Shown here: one piece after another, positions 36,384 through 47,930 of the stretch
Layout: each line of letters starts with the position of its first letter
Position numbering within the stretch: the stretch's first letter is position 1
Position numbers and translations under genes: made by a program
Notes under the pieces: model-generated
What the model saw: only the letters and a program-made list of their open reading frames with translations
Database searches by the model: none
Told to the model about the DNA's origin: nothing
Origin: Acidimicrobiales bacterium
GTDB lineage: Bacteria > Actinomycetota > Acidimicrobiia > Acidimicrobiales > RAAP-2
NCBI GenBank assembly: GCA_035534235.1
Contig: DATLSH010000079.1
Coordinates: forward strand, 2,640 to 66,639
Length of the DNA: 64,000 bases
Direction: 5' to 3'

Positions 36384-37082
36384 TCAGGTTCCGGTGCCAC
36401 GCCCGGCGACCTGGGCCAGGGAGCGGACCTCCTCCCTGCTGAGCGGGCGCCAGTGCCCGGGCGCCAGATGCGTGTCGCGCAGGGGACCTATCCGGGTGCG
36501 GACCAGCCGGCGGACCGGATGCCCGACCGCTTCGCACATCCGGCGCACCTGCCGGTTCCGACCTTCGTGGATGACCAGGCGCAGCACGTCGGGGGACAGG
36601 ACCCCCACCTCGGCCGGTGCCGTACGCCCATCGTCGAGTTCGACGCCTTGGCGCAGCGCGCGTAGGGCACCCGGAGCGGGTGTGCCACCCGCCACCTCCA
36701 CCACGTACTCCTTGTCGATCCCGTGGGAAGGATGCGCCAGCAGTTGGGCCAGGGCGCCGTCATTGGTCAGGATCAGCAAACCTTCGGTTTCCTTGTCCAA
36801 CCGACCCACCGGGAAGACCCGGGGCTCGGCCGGCACCAAACCCATCACCGTCGGCCGTCCCTGGGGATCCTCGGCCGTGGTGATGATCCCGGCCGGCTTG
36901 TTCAGCAGGTAGTAGACGAGGTCGGGCGCTACCGGCAGGAGGATCCCGTCGACCTCCACCCTCACCGTGGCGACATCGACCCGCCGCCCCAGGACCGCCA
37001 CCTCACCGTCGACCGTCACCCGGCCAGCGGCAATCAGGTCCTCGCAGGCTCGCCGTGATCCTTGCCCGGAGCGGGCCAGCAC
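36384..37082 (-). CDS. rluB: pseudouridine synthase (RsuA/RluB family) with S4 domain
   Basis: GRLDKETEGLLILTNDG is the catalytic Asp motif. An S4-like N-terminus is present. Confidence 0.85.
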   Translation of the reverse strand: MLARSGQGSRRACEDLIAAGRVTVDGEVAVLGRRVDVATVRVEVDGILLPVAPDLVYYLLNKPAGIITTAEDPQGRPTVMGLVPAEPRVFPVGRLDKETEGLLILTNDGALAQLLAHPSHGIDKEYVVEVAGGTPAPGALRALRQGVELDDGRTAPAEVGVLSPDVLRLVIHEGRNRQVRRMCEAVGHPVRRLVRTRIGPLRDTHLAPGHWRPLSREEVRSLAQVAGRGTGT

Positions 37083-37119
37083 CTTCTGCAGGCGCTCGCC
37101 ATCCGGCCGCGCTCCCGCG

Positions 37120-37728
37120 TCAGGCGTCGTCGGAACCCACTTCGAAGCCCAAGCCCAAGGCAGATTGGAGATCCAACTCGAATGCGCCGGCCACCTCGGG
37201 CCCCGGCAGGAAATCCTCGACCGGCGGCAGCTGGGCCAGGGAATCCAGACCCAGGCGCTCCAGGAAGAGTTCGGTGGTCCCGAAGAGCACCGCCTGGCCT
37301 GGCCCCTCGGCCCGACCGACCACTGCGATGTAGCCGCGCTGTTCGAGGAGGCGCGTCACCCCGTCCACATTGACCCCCCGCAGCGAAGAGATCTGCCCCC
37401 GGGAAACCGGCTGGCGGTACGCCACGATGGCCAGCGTCTCCAAGGCGGCGGTGGACAGCCGGTGCGAGACCTCGCGGTTGGCGAAACGCTCGACGTAGGG
37501 GGCCAGGTCAGGGTGGGTCTGCAGGCGGGCCCCACCGGCGATACGGGCCACCACGATGCCGCGCCCCTCGGCCTCGTAGCTCCGGCCCAGGACACCCAGC
37601 GCCTCCTCCACCTTCTCGACCGGCTCTTCCAGCAACTCGGCCAGCAACTGGGGGGCGACCGGTTCGACGGCCACCAGCAGTACGGCCTCAATGGTACGGC
37701 CAAGCTCTTCATGCTCCATGGCGCACAT
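37120..37728 (-). CDS. scpB: segregation and condensation protein B
   Basis: IEAVLLVAVEPV...ALETLAIVAYRQPVSRGQISSLRGVNVDGVTRLLEQRGYI. Confidence 0.9.
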   Translation of the reverse strand: MCAMEHEELGRTIEAVLLVAVEPVAPQLLAELLEEPVEKVEEALGVLGRSYEAEGRGIVVARIAGGARLQTHPDLAPYVERFANREVSHRLSTAALETLAIVAYRQPVSRGQISSLRGVNVDGVTRLLEQRGYIAVVGRAEGPGQAVLFGTTELFLERLGLDSLAQLPPVEDFLPGPEVAGAFELDLQSALGLGFEVGSDDA

Positions 37729-37737
37729 CTTTCATGC

Positions 37738-38550
37738 TCATCCCTCGTAGTTGTCGATTTCATAGCCGGCCATTTCGCCCAGACCCCGTCCGCTGTCCAG
37801 GCCAGCCAGGATGTCCCCGCTTTCCAACCAGGAGATACGGAGGTCCCCGAAGGTGTGGCCCTGTCCCAGCGAGACCCGGCCCATCTTGCACAGCTCCAAC
37901 AGAGCCAGGAAGCGCACAATGACCTCAATGCGGGTCCGGCACTCCTCGACCAGGGCGCGGAAGGAGGATGCCCGCCGTCCCTCGGGCAGGGCCATCAATT
38001 CGGCCACGGCCTCCGACACCGACACCGTGTCCACGGTGACATGGGAGAGGTCGACCCGGGGCACCGGACGTTCCGCCGCACCCCTCAGGTAAGCCTGGGC
38101 CAGATCCTCCGGGGCGACGCCGGCCAGGAGGTCAGGCGCGTGCACGACGAAGTCATCGTCCAACCCGGCCTCCCGGGGGACGGACCGCGAGGCCTGCTCG
38201 GCCAGGGCCACGAAGACATCAGCCGCCGCGGCGTAGGCCCGGCATTCCAGCAGGCGGGCGAGCAGGAGGTCCCTCTCCTCCCACCCGATGAGCTCTTCGT
38301 CATCATCGAAGTCCTCCCGGCCGGGCAGCAGCCGCTGGGACTTGAGCTCCACCAATATGGCTGCGACCAGGAGGAACTCCGAAAGCTGATTGAAATCGAT
38401 CTGGTCGCGCTGGTCCGTCAGGGCGCGGACGAACCGGTCGACGACCGCCAGCATCGGGATGTCGAGCACATCGACTTCATGGGACGACACCAGGTGCAGC
38501 AAGAGGTCGATGGGACCTTCGAAGACGGGTGTGGAGACCGCATAGGTCAC
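37738..38550 (-). CDS. scpA: segregation and condensation protein A
   Basis: VTYAVSTPVFEGPIDLLLHLVSSHEVDVLDIPM. GTG 38550 is preferred. The track ORF extends to 38604. Confidence 0.85.
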   Translation of the reverse strand: MTYAVSTPVFEGPIDLLLHLVSSHEVDVLDIPMLAVVDRFVRALTDQRDQIDFNQLSEFLLVAAILVELKSQRLLPGREDFDDDEELIGWEERDLLLARLLECRAYAAAADVFVALAEQASRSVPREAGLDDDFVVHAPDLLAGVAPEDLAQAYLRGAAERPVPRVDLSHVTVDTVSVSEAVAELMALPEGRRASSFRALVEECRTRIEVIVRFLALLELCKMGRVSLGQGHTFGDLRISWLESGDILAGLDSGRGLGEMAGYEIDNYEG

Positions 38551-38609
38551 GGGCCGACGATACCCAACCTCCCGGCGCCCACCGCGCACCCCCCGAGCGC
38601 CCACCTACG

Positions 38610-39605
38610 ATGGCGGCCATGAGCAGGGTCCTTTCCGGCATTGCGCCGTCGGGCAATTTCACCCTCGGCAACTACCTGGGGGCCCTGCGGCACTGGGTGA
38701 CGTTCCAGGACGACAACGATGCCTTCTACTGCGTCGTCGACCTGCACGCCCTGACCCAGGACATCGACCCGGGCGCCCTCGGGTCCAACACCAGGGACGC
38801 GGCGCTCAACATGCTCGCCATCGGCCTGGACCCCGCCCGCTGTTCCATCTTCCTGCAGAGCCACGTTCCCGAGCATCCCCGTTTGGCCTGGCTGCTCGAA
38901 TGCATGGCCACCATGGGCGAACTGCGGCGCATGACCCAATTCAAGGAGAAGGGTGAGGGTCAGGAAACGGTACGGGTCGGGCTGTTCACCTACCCGGTGC
39001 TCATGGCAGCCGACATCCTCCTCTATGACGCGGCGGCGGTGCCCGTGGGCGACGACCAACGCCAGCACATTGAACTGGCCCGTGAGCTGGCCCTACGTTT
39101 CAACAACCGCTACGGCAGGATCTTTGTCGTACCCGAGGGGATGATCCCGCCCGCGGCTGCCCGTGTCATGGACCTGCAGCATCCCGAGCGCAAGATGTCG
39201 AAATCGGTGGAGTCCCCCTTGGGCACGATCTCCCTGCTCGACACGCCGGACGACATCACCAAGAAGGTCCGCAAGGCGGTCACCGACACCGATGGGGAGC
39301 TGCGCTACGACCGGGAGTCCAAGCCGGGGTTGGCCAACCTGCTCCACCTCATGGCTGCGGTCACCGATCGCACGCCTGAGGACGTGGCCGGGGGCTACGG
39401 GCGCTACGGGGACCTCAAGAACGACCTGGCCGAGGCCCTGTGCGAGCTCCTCCGACCCGTCCGCCTGCGCCGGAGCGAGCTGGAGGGGGACCTTTCGTAC
39501 GTCGACACGGTGCTGGCCGAGGGCGCGTCCCGCGCCCATGGTGTGGCCGCCGCCACCTATGCCCGGGCGGCCGGGGCCGTGGGACTGGTGCCGCCGGCCA
39601 GCTGA
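38610..39605 (+). CDS. trpS: tryptophan--tRNA ligase
   Basis: SGIAPSGNFTLGNYLGAL (HIGH-region equivalent) and KMSKS are present. Confidence 0.95.
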   Translation: MAAMSRVLSGIAPSGNFTLGNYLGALRHWVTFQDDNDAFYCVVDLHALTQDIDPGALGSNTRDAALNMLAIGLDPARCSIFLQSHVPEHPRLAWLLECMATMGELRRMTQFKEKGEGQETVRVGLFTYPVLMAADILLYDAAAVPVGDDQRQHIELARELALRFNNRYGRIFVVPEGMIPPAAARVMDLQHPERKMSKSVESPLGTISLLDTPDDITKKVRKAVTDTDGELRYDRESKPGLANLLHLMAAVTDRTPEDVAGGYGRYGDLKNDLAEALCELLRPVRLRRSELEGDLSYVDTVLAEGASRAHGVAAATYARAAGAVGLVPPAS

Positions 39606-39739
39606 GCGAGGAGAGCATGAATCATCAAGACTCACTCCGGTCAAACCCTGCAAGCGATCGGCATCCCGGCGCCTGGCCGCCGGGACTACTACGTCCGGAG
39701 ACGAGTTCGGGATTGCGTCCGGTCGGAGCCTCCGAAGAC

Positions 39740-40096
39740 TTATGAGCCGGGCTGATCTCTGATTTCGCGGACCTCGGCGTCAACCTGATCCAACCTGGAA
39801 TCGACGGAAATGAATCCCCGGCGGACCTCGGCGAAGCCGCTCTGGACGATTTCGAAGAGCTGCCGGGTCGTGGTGACGAGAGTGGCCACGTCGCCGCTCA
39901 ACTGGCTCAGTGCGCGTTGCATTTCGGCCTGGTGCTCCACCAATCCGCTGATCGACGCGGCCAGGACCGCCACGGTCTGGGGCAGTCCGAGCAACTCCTC
40001 GGTGAGCAGTGCACGGCGCACTTCGGAGCGGAATCCGTCGTCCTGGCGCAAGGTGTCGAGGAAGCGCTTGCGCTCGACCTCGTCCATGAACGTCAT
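39740..40096 (-). CDS. hypothetical coiled-coil protein (paralogue of 21423..21800)
   Basis: ATG 40096 follows GGAGGGA. The product begins MTFMDEVERKRFLDTLRQDDGFRSEVRRALLTEELLGLPQ. The rest of track ORF 39740..40873 is an artefact overlapping the M50 gene. Confidence 0.6.
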   Translation of the reverse strand: MTFMDEVERKRFLDTLRQDDGFRSEVRRALLTEELLGLPQTVAVLAASISGLVEHQAEMQRALSQLSGDVATLVTTTRQLFEIVQSGFAEVRRGFISVDSRLDQVDAEVREIRDQPGS

Positions 40097-40161
40097 AATA
40101 TCCCTCCGTTCGTGCAGAGCTTTACGGGAGAACGGTCCCTCCCATCCGGCCGCAGAGTGAC

Positions 40162-40941
40162 CTATCCGAACAACCCTGGCAGGCCGAGCACGCCGGCCCA
40201 CCAGTTGTAGAGATGCTCCAACAACCACGTGAGCGGCCCCGGATGGAGATAGAAGTTGAGGAGAACAAGTCCCATGATGATCGGCATCGTGTACTGGCGG
40301 ATTCGCAAGTAGTTCGGCCAGAACCGCGCCGGCAGGACCCGCTCGAAGAGCACCGATCCGTCCAGGGGCGGAATCGGGAGCAGGTTGAATGCGGCCAGCC
40401 CGATGTTGACCACACTGAAGAAGAAGACCACCCGCTCCGTCACCGTGAACGTGCCCGTCCGAAGCAGCGTCGTCTTGAACATGATGACGAAGACGAGAGC
40501 GCTGATGGCGGCCAGGCCCACATTCGTCGCCGGGCCGGCCAGCGAGACGAGCACACCTTGATTCCTCGGGTGGCGCAGGCGGTTCACGTTCACCGGCACC
40601 GGCTTGGCCCAACCGAAGACGCCGAACCCGCCCAGCGCCAGCAAGGCGGGCACAATGAGCGTTCCCACCGGGTCCACGTGCTTCATCGGATTGAGCGTTA
40701 GCCGGCCGGCGCGCGCCGCGGTGTCGTCGCCGAACGCCTTGGCCACCCAGCCGTGCGAGATCTCGTGCAGGATGATGGAGGGGACGATGACCAGGAACAG
40801 GATGATGGTGTCCGTTGAGATGTTGTGATGCGCGACGAGCGCCACCAGGACGACCGCCGCGGCCACCACCCACAGGGTCCGCTTGGTGCGCTGATCCAGC
40901 GGGCGACGCCCCCCTGCCGGGCCTCCGTAGGCCGTCGGCAC
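40162..40941 (-). CDS. site-2 protease (M50) family membrane metalloprotease
   Basis: HEISHGWVAKAFGDD (HExxH), multiple TM helices, and a downstream NLLPIPPLDGS motif. Confidence 0.85.
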   Translation of the reverse strand: MPTAYGGPAGGRRPLDQRTKRTLWVVAAAVVLVALVAHHNISTDTIILFLVIVPSIILHEISHGWVAKAFGDDTAARAGRLTLNPMKHVDPVGTLIVPALLALGGFGVFGWAKPVPVNVNRLRHPRNQGVLVSLAGPATNVGLAAISALVFVIMFKTTLLRTGTFTVTERVVFFFSVVNIGLAAFNLLPIPPLDGSVLFERVLPARFWPNYLRIRQYTMPIIMGLVLLNFYLHPGPLTWLLEHLYNWWAGVLGLPGLFG

Positions 40942-41307
40942 CTATTGCTTGGCGGCGTCGACGATGCAGAGCCGGGCGGCTGGCATCGCCTCAAGACGGG
41001 CCGCCCCGATCGGCTTGCCGCAGACCTCGCAGTTGCCATAGGTCCCGTTCTCAAGTCGTCCGAGGGCGGCCTCGACCTCCTCCAACGCTTCGCGGAGCTC
41101 GGTGGCCAGGCGCCCGGCCTCACCCCGCTCAGCGCTGACCTGGCTGGAGTCGGCGAAGTTGGAGTCGTAGTTGAGCCCGCTGCCGTCTCCGGCGAATCCG
41201 AGCTCGGTGAGCTCGGCGCGGAGCCCGGCCTGCTCGGCCAGCAACAGGGCGGTGTAGTCGATGGCGGCGGTCTCCGCCGTAGGGGCCTCGTTCGGCATGG
41301 TGCTCAT
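40942..41307 (-). CDS. TraR/DksA family C4 zinc-finger protein
   Basis: A coiled-coil N-terminus is followed by GTYGNCEVCGKPIGAARLEAMPAARLC. Confidence 0.8.
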   Translation of the reverse strand: MSTMPNEAPTAETAAIDYTALLLAEQAGLRAELTELGFAGDGSGLNYDSNFADSSQVSAERGEAGRLATELREALEEVEAALGRLENGTYGNCEVCGKPIGAARLEAMPAARLCIVDAAKQ

Positions 41308-42263
41308 GCTACGCGGTCGCCCCCCCTCCTGGTTCCCGCCCGAGGGTGTGCTCCCTCGTAGGCGCTCCTGAGGTGCTCGGTCGACACCTTGGTGTAGCGC
41401 TGGGTCGTGGCGATGGAGGCATGCCCGAGCAATTCCTGGACCACCCGGATGTCCGCTCCCCGGGCCAGCATGTGGGTGGCGCAGGAATGGCGCAGGACGT
41501 GGGGGCTCACCCGTTCGGCCAGTCCCACCCGGCTGGCGTACTTCTTGACCACCCCGAAGGCGCCGACCCGGGAGAGCCGGCCGCCCCGCAGATTGAGGAA
41601 GACGGCGTCGGCGTCGCTGCGTCTCTTCCACCGGGCGGGCACCAGGCACGGGCGGCCCTCCCCCGAGAGCCATTGCGCCAGCGCATCCCGGGCCATCCGA
41701 CCCAAAGGGACCAGGCGCTCCTTGTCCCCCTTGCCCAGGACCCGGATGAGCGCCATGTCGGTGGATCCGTCCGATTCCGCCGCCTCGGCCACGTCCCCCA
41801 GGTTCAAACCGACGACCTCGCTCACCCGGGCCCCGGTTCCGTACAGCACCTCAAGCAGCGCCCTGTCGCGCAGGTGGGCCGGGCCGGTGCCGATCACGGC
41901 ACCCAGCAGCTGCTCGGTCTCCTCCTCGGTCAACGCCTTGGGCAACAGGTCGTGCGGCGACGGGCCGGACAGCTCCCCGGTCGGGTCGTCGCCCCGCAGC
42001 CCCTCCTCGACCAGGAAGCGATGGAACCCCCGGATGGCCGACAATGCCCGGGCAGTCGACGCCGCCCCGTGCGTGCGCCGGTGGGCCGCCACATAGTCCG
42101 CCACATCGGCCGCGGTGGCCGCCTCCATGCCGGAGCCCGCCGCGGCCTCCCCGTAGGCCGCCAGGTCCCGGCGGTAGGCCGACAGGGTGCGCGCTGAGCG
42201 TCCCCGTTCCACCTGGAGCCAGGAGAGGTACTCCTCGGCGTCGCGGGGCAGAGGTGCCGTCAC
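41304..42263 (-). CDS. xerD: tyrosine recombinase XerD
   Basis: YLSWLQVERGRSARTLSAYRRDL...RHSCATHMLARGADIRVVQELLGHASIATTQRYT. GTG 42263 overlaps the Nudix stop. It lies in the conserved xerD-nudix-pyrG context. Confidence 0.9.
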   Translation of the reverse strand: MTAPLPRDAEEYLSWLQVERGRSARTLSAYRRDLAAYGEAAAGSGMEAATAADVADYVAAHRRTHGAASTARALSAIRGFHRFLVEEGLRGDDPTGELSGPSPHDLLPKALTEEETEQLLGAVIGTGPAHLRDRALLEVLYGTGARVSEVVGLNLGDVAEAAESDGSTDMALIRVLGKGDKERLVPLGRMARDALAQWLSGEGRPCLVPARWKRRSDADAVFLNLRGGRLSRVGAFGVVKKYASRVGLAERVSPHVLRHSCATHMLARGADIRVVQELLGHASIATTQRYTKVSTEHLRSAYEGAHPRAGTRRGGDRVA

Positions 42264-42817
42264 CGGGGCCCCTGGCCGTGGCCGAGCGTGGCCCGCGCCA
42301 TGTAGAGGCCGAGGATGGTGGTCTCGTCCTTCAGGGAGCCGTCGGCCACCATCCCGTCCACCTGGTCCAGGTTGATCGTCTCGACCGTCAGGAAGCCCTC
42401 TTCGACGCCGATGGGAGCGCTGGCACACGGGACGAGACCGCGGGCCAGGAAGATGGTGGTGTGCTGGTCGCTGATCCCGGGGGTGTTCCAAATTCCCGTC
42501 AGGACCTCCATTGTCCCCGCCTCCAGCCCCGCTTCCTCGGCCAGCTCACGGCGGGCGGTCCCCTCCAGTGACTCCCCATGGAGGTCACAGGTGCCGGCCG
42601 GGATCTCAAGCACCATGGAGTCCACCGCCGCCCGGTACTGGCGCACCAGCGTGACCCGGCCGTCGTCGTGCAGCGGCACGACGGCGACCGCACCGGGATG
42701 GCGGATGACGAAGCGGTCAAAGGGCCGCCCGTCAGGGTCGAGCAGGTGAAACTTGTCCACCCGGAAGAGCCAAGCCCGCAGGAGCTCCTCTTCTCCGACG
42801 CGGCGGAAGGGCGGCAC
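42260..42817 (-). CDS. NUDIX hydrolase (ADP-ribose pyrophosphatase-like)
   Basis: Nudix box GESLEGTARRELAEEAGLE. Confidence 0.85.
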   Translation of the reverse strand: MPPFRRVGEEELLRAWLFRVDKFHLLDPDGRPFDRFVIRHPGAVAVVPLHDDGRVTLVRQYRAAVDSMVLEIPAGTCDLHGESLEGTARRELAEEAGLEAGTMEVLTGIWNTPGISDQHTTIFLARGLVPCASAPIGVEEGFLTVETINLDQVDGMVADGSLKDETTILGLYMARATLGHGQGPR

Positions 42818-42823
42818 CGTCCC

Positions 42824-44569
<1,746 letters not shown>

Positions 44570-46171
44570 CTACGTCCCGGGAAGGGCATGCAGCAGCTCC
44601 CGGGCATGGGCTCGGGCGGCATCGCTGTCGGGATGGCCGGAGAGCATGCGCGACAGCTCAATCACCCGTTCCTCCCCCACCGCCGGCGAGGCCGAGGTCA
44701 CCGTCCGCCCCCCCACCTCGGACTTGACCACGCCGATCTGCTGGTCGGCCTGGGCCGCCACCTGGGCCAGGTGGGTCACCACGAGCACCTGGCGCGTCCG
44801 TGCCACTTCGTGCAGGGCATGCCCCAACGCGAGGGCGGCACCCCCACCCACACCGGCATCGACCTCGTCGAAGACCATGGTCTGGGGACCGCCGGGCCCG
44901 ACCAGGCGGATGGAGAGCATGGCCCGGGACAGTTCGCCCCCTGAGGCCGCCTTGGCCAGGGGGAGCACGGCCTCACCGACGTTGGCACCCAGGGCCAGCT
45001 CGACCGGCTCGCCGGCGCCCTCGGCGCCCACCCGGACCTCAAAGCGGGCGCCGGCCATGGCCAGGCGGGCCAGGCGCTCCCCCACCAGCGAGGCGAACGC
45101 CCCGGCTGCACGGGCCCGCACGCGGCGCACCTCGGCCTCGGCCCGGACCAGTTCTTGCCCGAGTTCGGACCGCTCGGCCCCCAAGCGGGCCGCCGCCCCC
45201 TCGGCGTCGCGCAGCGTCTCAAGTCGGGTGGAAGCCTCCTTGGCGAACGCCATCACCGCGTCCAGGTCCTCTCCGTACTTCCGGCGCAGCTCAGCCAGCA
45301 GGCGCCGGCGCTCCTGCACCTGGCCCAGCCGGAGAGGATCGTCCTGCCAGCCCTCCACCTCATCCCGCAGCGTCCGGGCCACGTCGGAGACGTCAATGGC
45401 CGCGGCGGCCAACCTCTCCCTGAGCTCGTCGAAGGGCTCCCGGCCGCCCAGGGCGCCGGCGGCCCGTCCGAGCCGGTCGAGGGCGCCGGCGCCGTCGGGT
45501 CCCGCCGGGTCCAGCAGCTGCAGGGCGAGGGACGCCGCCTCACGGTAGGCCGCGGCATCGGCCAGCCGGGCCTCCTCCCGACGTAGGGCGGTCTCCTCCT
45601 CGGGGTCCGAGAGCTTGGCCGCGCCGATCTCGTCCACCTGGTAGCGCAAGACGTCGGCCTCCCGGGCTCGCTGTTGCTCGTCGCCGCCCAGGTCGGCCAG
45701 GGCCGCGCCGAGCGCCCGCAGCCGGTCCCGGATGGCGAGGACCGGAGCCAGGTCCGTTCCCGCGAAGGCGTCGAGCACATTGCGCTGCGCCGCCGGCGTG
45801 GTCAGGGATTGGTGCTCGTGCTGCCCGTGGATCTCCACCAGCTCGGCCACCACCTCTTCCAGCGAGCCGACGGGCGCCATGCGGCCGTTGACCCAGGCCC
45901 GCGAGCGACCTGCTGCAGGTACCGAACGGGTGATGACGATCTCCTCGCCGCCGTTGCCCCCAGCGATGAAGCGGGCTTCCACCACCGCCTCCACGGCCCC
46001 GGCCCGCACCAATCCCGGGTTGGCCCTTCCCCCGAGGATCAGCTGCAGGGCCTCGACGAGCAGCGTCTTGCCGGCACCGGTCTCCCCGGTCAGCGCGGTC
46101 ATGCCCGGTCCGAAGGTGAGGGAGAGATCCTCAATCACCCCGAGATCGCGCACCCGCAGCTCGGTCAGCAC
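44570..46171 (-). CDS. recN: DNA repair protein RecN
   Basis: MLTELRVRDLGVIEDLSLTFGPGMTALTGETGAGKT, a long coiled coil, and a C-terminal ASGGELSR signature. Confidence 0.95.
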   Translation of the reverse strand: MLTELRVRDLGVIEDLSLTFGPGMTALTGETGAGKTLLVEALQLILGGRANPGLVRAGAVEAVVEARFIAGGNGGEEIVITRSVPAAGRSRAWVNGRMAPVGSLEEVVAELVEIHGQHEHQSLTTPAAQRNVLDAFAGTDLAPVLAIRDRLRALGAALADLGGDEQQRAREADVLRYQVDEIGAAKLSDPEEETALRREEARLADAAAYREAASLALQLLDPAGPDGAGALDRLGRAAGALGGREPFDELRERLAAAAIDVSDVARTLRDEVEGWQDDPLRLGQVQERRRLLAELRRKYGEDLDAVMAFAKEASTRLETLRDAEGAAARLGAERSELGQELVRAEAEVRRVRARAAGAFASLVGERLARLAMAGARFEVRVGAEGAGEPVELALGANVGEAVLPLAKAASGGELSRAMLSIRLVGPGGPQTMVFDEVDAGVGGGAALALGHALHEVARTRQVLVVTHLAQVAAQADQQIGVVKSEVGGRTVTSASPAVGEERVIELSRMLSGHPDSDAARAHARELLHALPGT

Positions 46172-46186
46172 GGGAGGTCCGGCGCC

Positions 46187-47056
46187 CTATTGTCCCCGGT
46201 CGGCCAGGAGCCGGACCCGGAGGATGCCACCGAACTTCTGGGGCTCGTTCCGCACGACCCGCACGGGTTGGGGATCGACCCGGCACGTGATGGTCGCTCC
46301 CGGTTGGAGGCGTCCGATCTCCTGACCGTCTATGACCAGCACGCCGGCCCGGTCGGGCACGATGGCGATCCGCACACTCTGCTCGTCGGTCAGCACCAGG
46401 CTGCGGTCCAGGGAGAGGTGCGGGGCCACCGGCGTGATCACCATGGCCCGCAGGGCGGGAGAGAGAATGGGGCCACCGGCCGAAAGGTTGTAGGCCGTCG
46501 AGCCGGTCGGCGTGGCGATGATGAGCCCGTCGGCCGAGTAGGTCAGCGCCTCTTCCCCGTCGATGGAGGTGGCCAGGCGGACGGTGTGACCGAAGTCGAT
46601 CTTCTCGAGGACGACCTCGTTGAGGGCCAGCAGCACCGAGACGTCATCACCGGCAGAACGGTCGGCAATGCTTACCTGCAGCGCGCAGCGGGCCTCAATC
46701 ACCGCGTTGCCCTCGAAGACCTTGACCAGCGCTTCGCGCACCTGATCGGGCACCAGGTCGGGCAGGTAGCCCAGCCGCCCGAAATTCACGCCCAACACGG
46801 GCACGTCTCCGGCCGAGGCCAGGCGCACGACGCGCAGGAACGTGCCGTCACCGCCCATGCTCACGGCCACGGTGGTCCCGGTCAGGTCGACGGAATTGAA
46901 GGGGATCTCCACCCCGGCCTCGGTGACCCGGTCGGGCGCACTGAAGCTCAGGATGCGCGCCGTGTCGCCCCGGCTAGCCAGCCAGTCGGCCGTCTCGTGA
47001 GCCAGCGCCAGGGCATCCGGCCGACCGGGATGCACGAGAAAGGTCGCCGTCGCCAT
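46187..47056 (-). CDS. nadK: NAD kinase
   Basis: MGGDGTFLR and NEVVLEK blocks are present. The start is ATG 47056. Confidence 0.9.
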   Translation of the reverse strand: MATATFLVHPGRPDALALAHETADWLASRGDTARILSFSAPDRVTEAGVEIPFNSVDLTGTTVAVSMGGDGTFLRVVRLASAGDVPVLGVNFGRLGYLPDLVPDQVREALVKVFEGNAVIEARCALQVSIADRSAGDDVSVLLALNEVVLEKIDFGHTVRLATSIDGEEALTYSADGLIIATPTGSTAYNLSAGGPILSPALRAMVITPVAPHLSLDRSLVLTDEQSVRIAIVPDRAGVLVIDGQEIGRLQPGATITCRVDPQPVRVVRNEPQKFGGILRVRLLADRGQ

Positions 47057-47069
47057 GGTTGCTCTCCCG

Positions 47070-47930
47070 TCAGTCCGGGTCGCCGGCGGGCTGAGGGTGG
47101 CCTCCCGCCTCCGACACCGCATCGGAGAGGAGGGCGGTGATCCCTCCCGAGGGGCGCCCCTCCGCACCCTTGCGGGCGTGCACCAGGAACTCGATGTTGC
47201 CGGCCGGGCCGGTCAGGGGGGACATCATGGCCCCCATGATGCCGGTTCCGGCGTCCCGGAGGGCGGACGTCACACCGGCCAGCACGTCCAGCCACACCTC
47301 GGGGTCCCGCACCACGCCCCTTCCACGGGACACGACCCCCCGGCCCGCCTCGAACTGGGGCTTGACCAGGAGCACCAGGTCGGCGTCGGGGCGGCCCACC
47401 GGGCCACACAGTGTGGGCGTCACCGTGCGCAGCGAAATGAACGAAAGGTCGGCGGTCACCAGCGCGCAGGGCTCGAAGTCCGGATCGGCCTCGTGGAGGA
47501 GGGCAGGGGTCAGGAGGCGGGCGTTGACCCGCTCGAGCACGGTGACCCGGGAGTCGGCGCGCAGGCGCTGGTCCAGCTGGCCGTGTCCCACGTCGACGGA
47601 GTACACGTGGGCGGCCCCGTGTTGGAGGAGGCAGTCGGTGAAGCCCCCGGTGGACGCGCCCAGGTCGAGGGCACGCCGGCCGGAAACCGGGACGTCGAAG
47701 CGGGTCAGCGCGGCATGGAGCTTGTGGCCACCCCGGCTGGCGAACGGCGACGGTGGTCCCAGGAGCACAATGGGCTCGGCCGGGGACACCAGGCGCGCTC
47801 CCTTGGCGGCCGTCGATCCGGCCACGACCACCGTGCCGGCGGCTATGGCCGCTTGGGCATCCTGACGAGTGGCGACGAGGCCGCGCCGTACGAGCTCGAT
47901 GTCGAGCCGACGGCGGGCCCCGGTCTTCAG
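47070..47930 (-). CDS. tlyA: TlyA family rRNA (cytidine-2'-O)-methyltransferase
   Basis: The FtsJ-like domain reads LDLGASTGGFTDCLLQHGAAHVYSVDVGHGQL. The S4-like N-terminus (K)TGARRRLDIELVRRGLVATRQDAQAAIAAG is encoded upstream of the track start (47831). It has only a CTG (47930..47928) available as initiator. Confidence 0.75.
   Translation of the reverse strand: MKTGARRRLDIELVRRGLVATRQDAQAAIAAGTVVVAGSTAAKGARLVSPAEPIVLLGPPSPFASRGGHKLHAALTRFDVPVSGRRALDLGASTGGFTDCLLQHGAAHVYSVDVGHGQLDQRLRADSRVTVLERVNARLLTPALLHEADPDFEPCALVTADLSFISLRTVTPTLCGPVGRPDADLVLLVKPQFEAGRGVVSRGRGVVRDPEVWLDVLAGVTSALRDAGTGIMGAMMSPLTGPAGNIEFLVHARKGAEGRPSGGITALLSDAVSEAGGHPQPAGDPD

Noticed and set aside
40097-40873. Upstream 259 codons of track ORF 39740..40873
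   Set aside because: It overlaps the M50 protease gene in another frame and is Arg/Gly/Pro-rich. Only the last 118 codons have an RBS, a paralogue and protein-like sequence.
41304-42263. Tyrosine recombinase as a marker of a mobile element
   Set aside because: It has XerD-type motifs and lies in the conserved housekeeping context (nudix, pyrG, recN). There are no att-like repeats or cargo genes.
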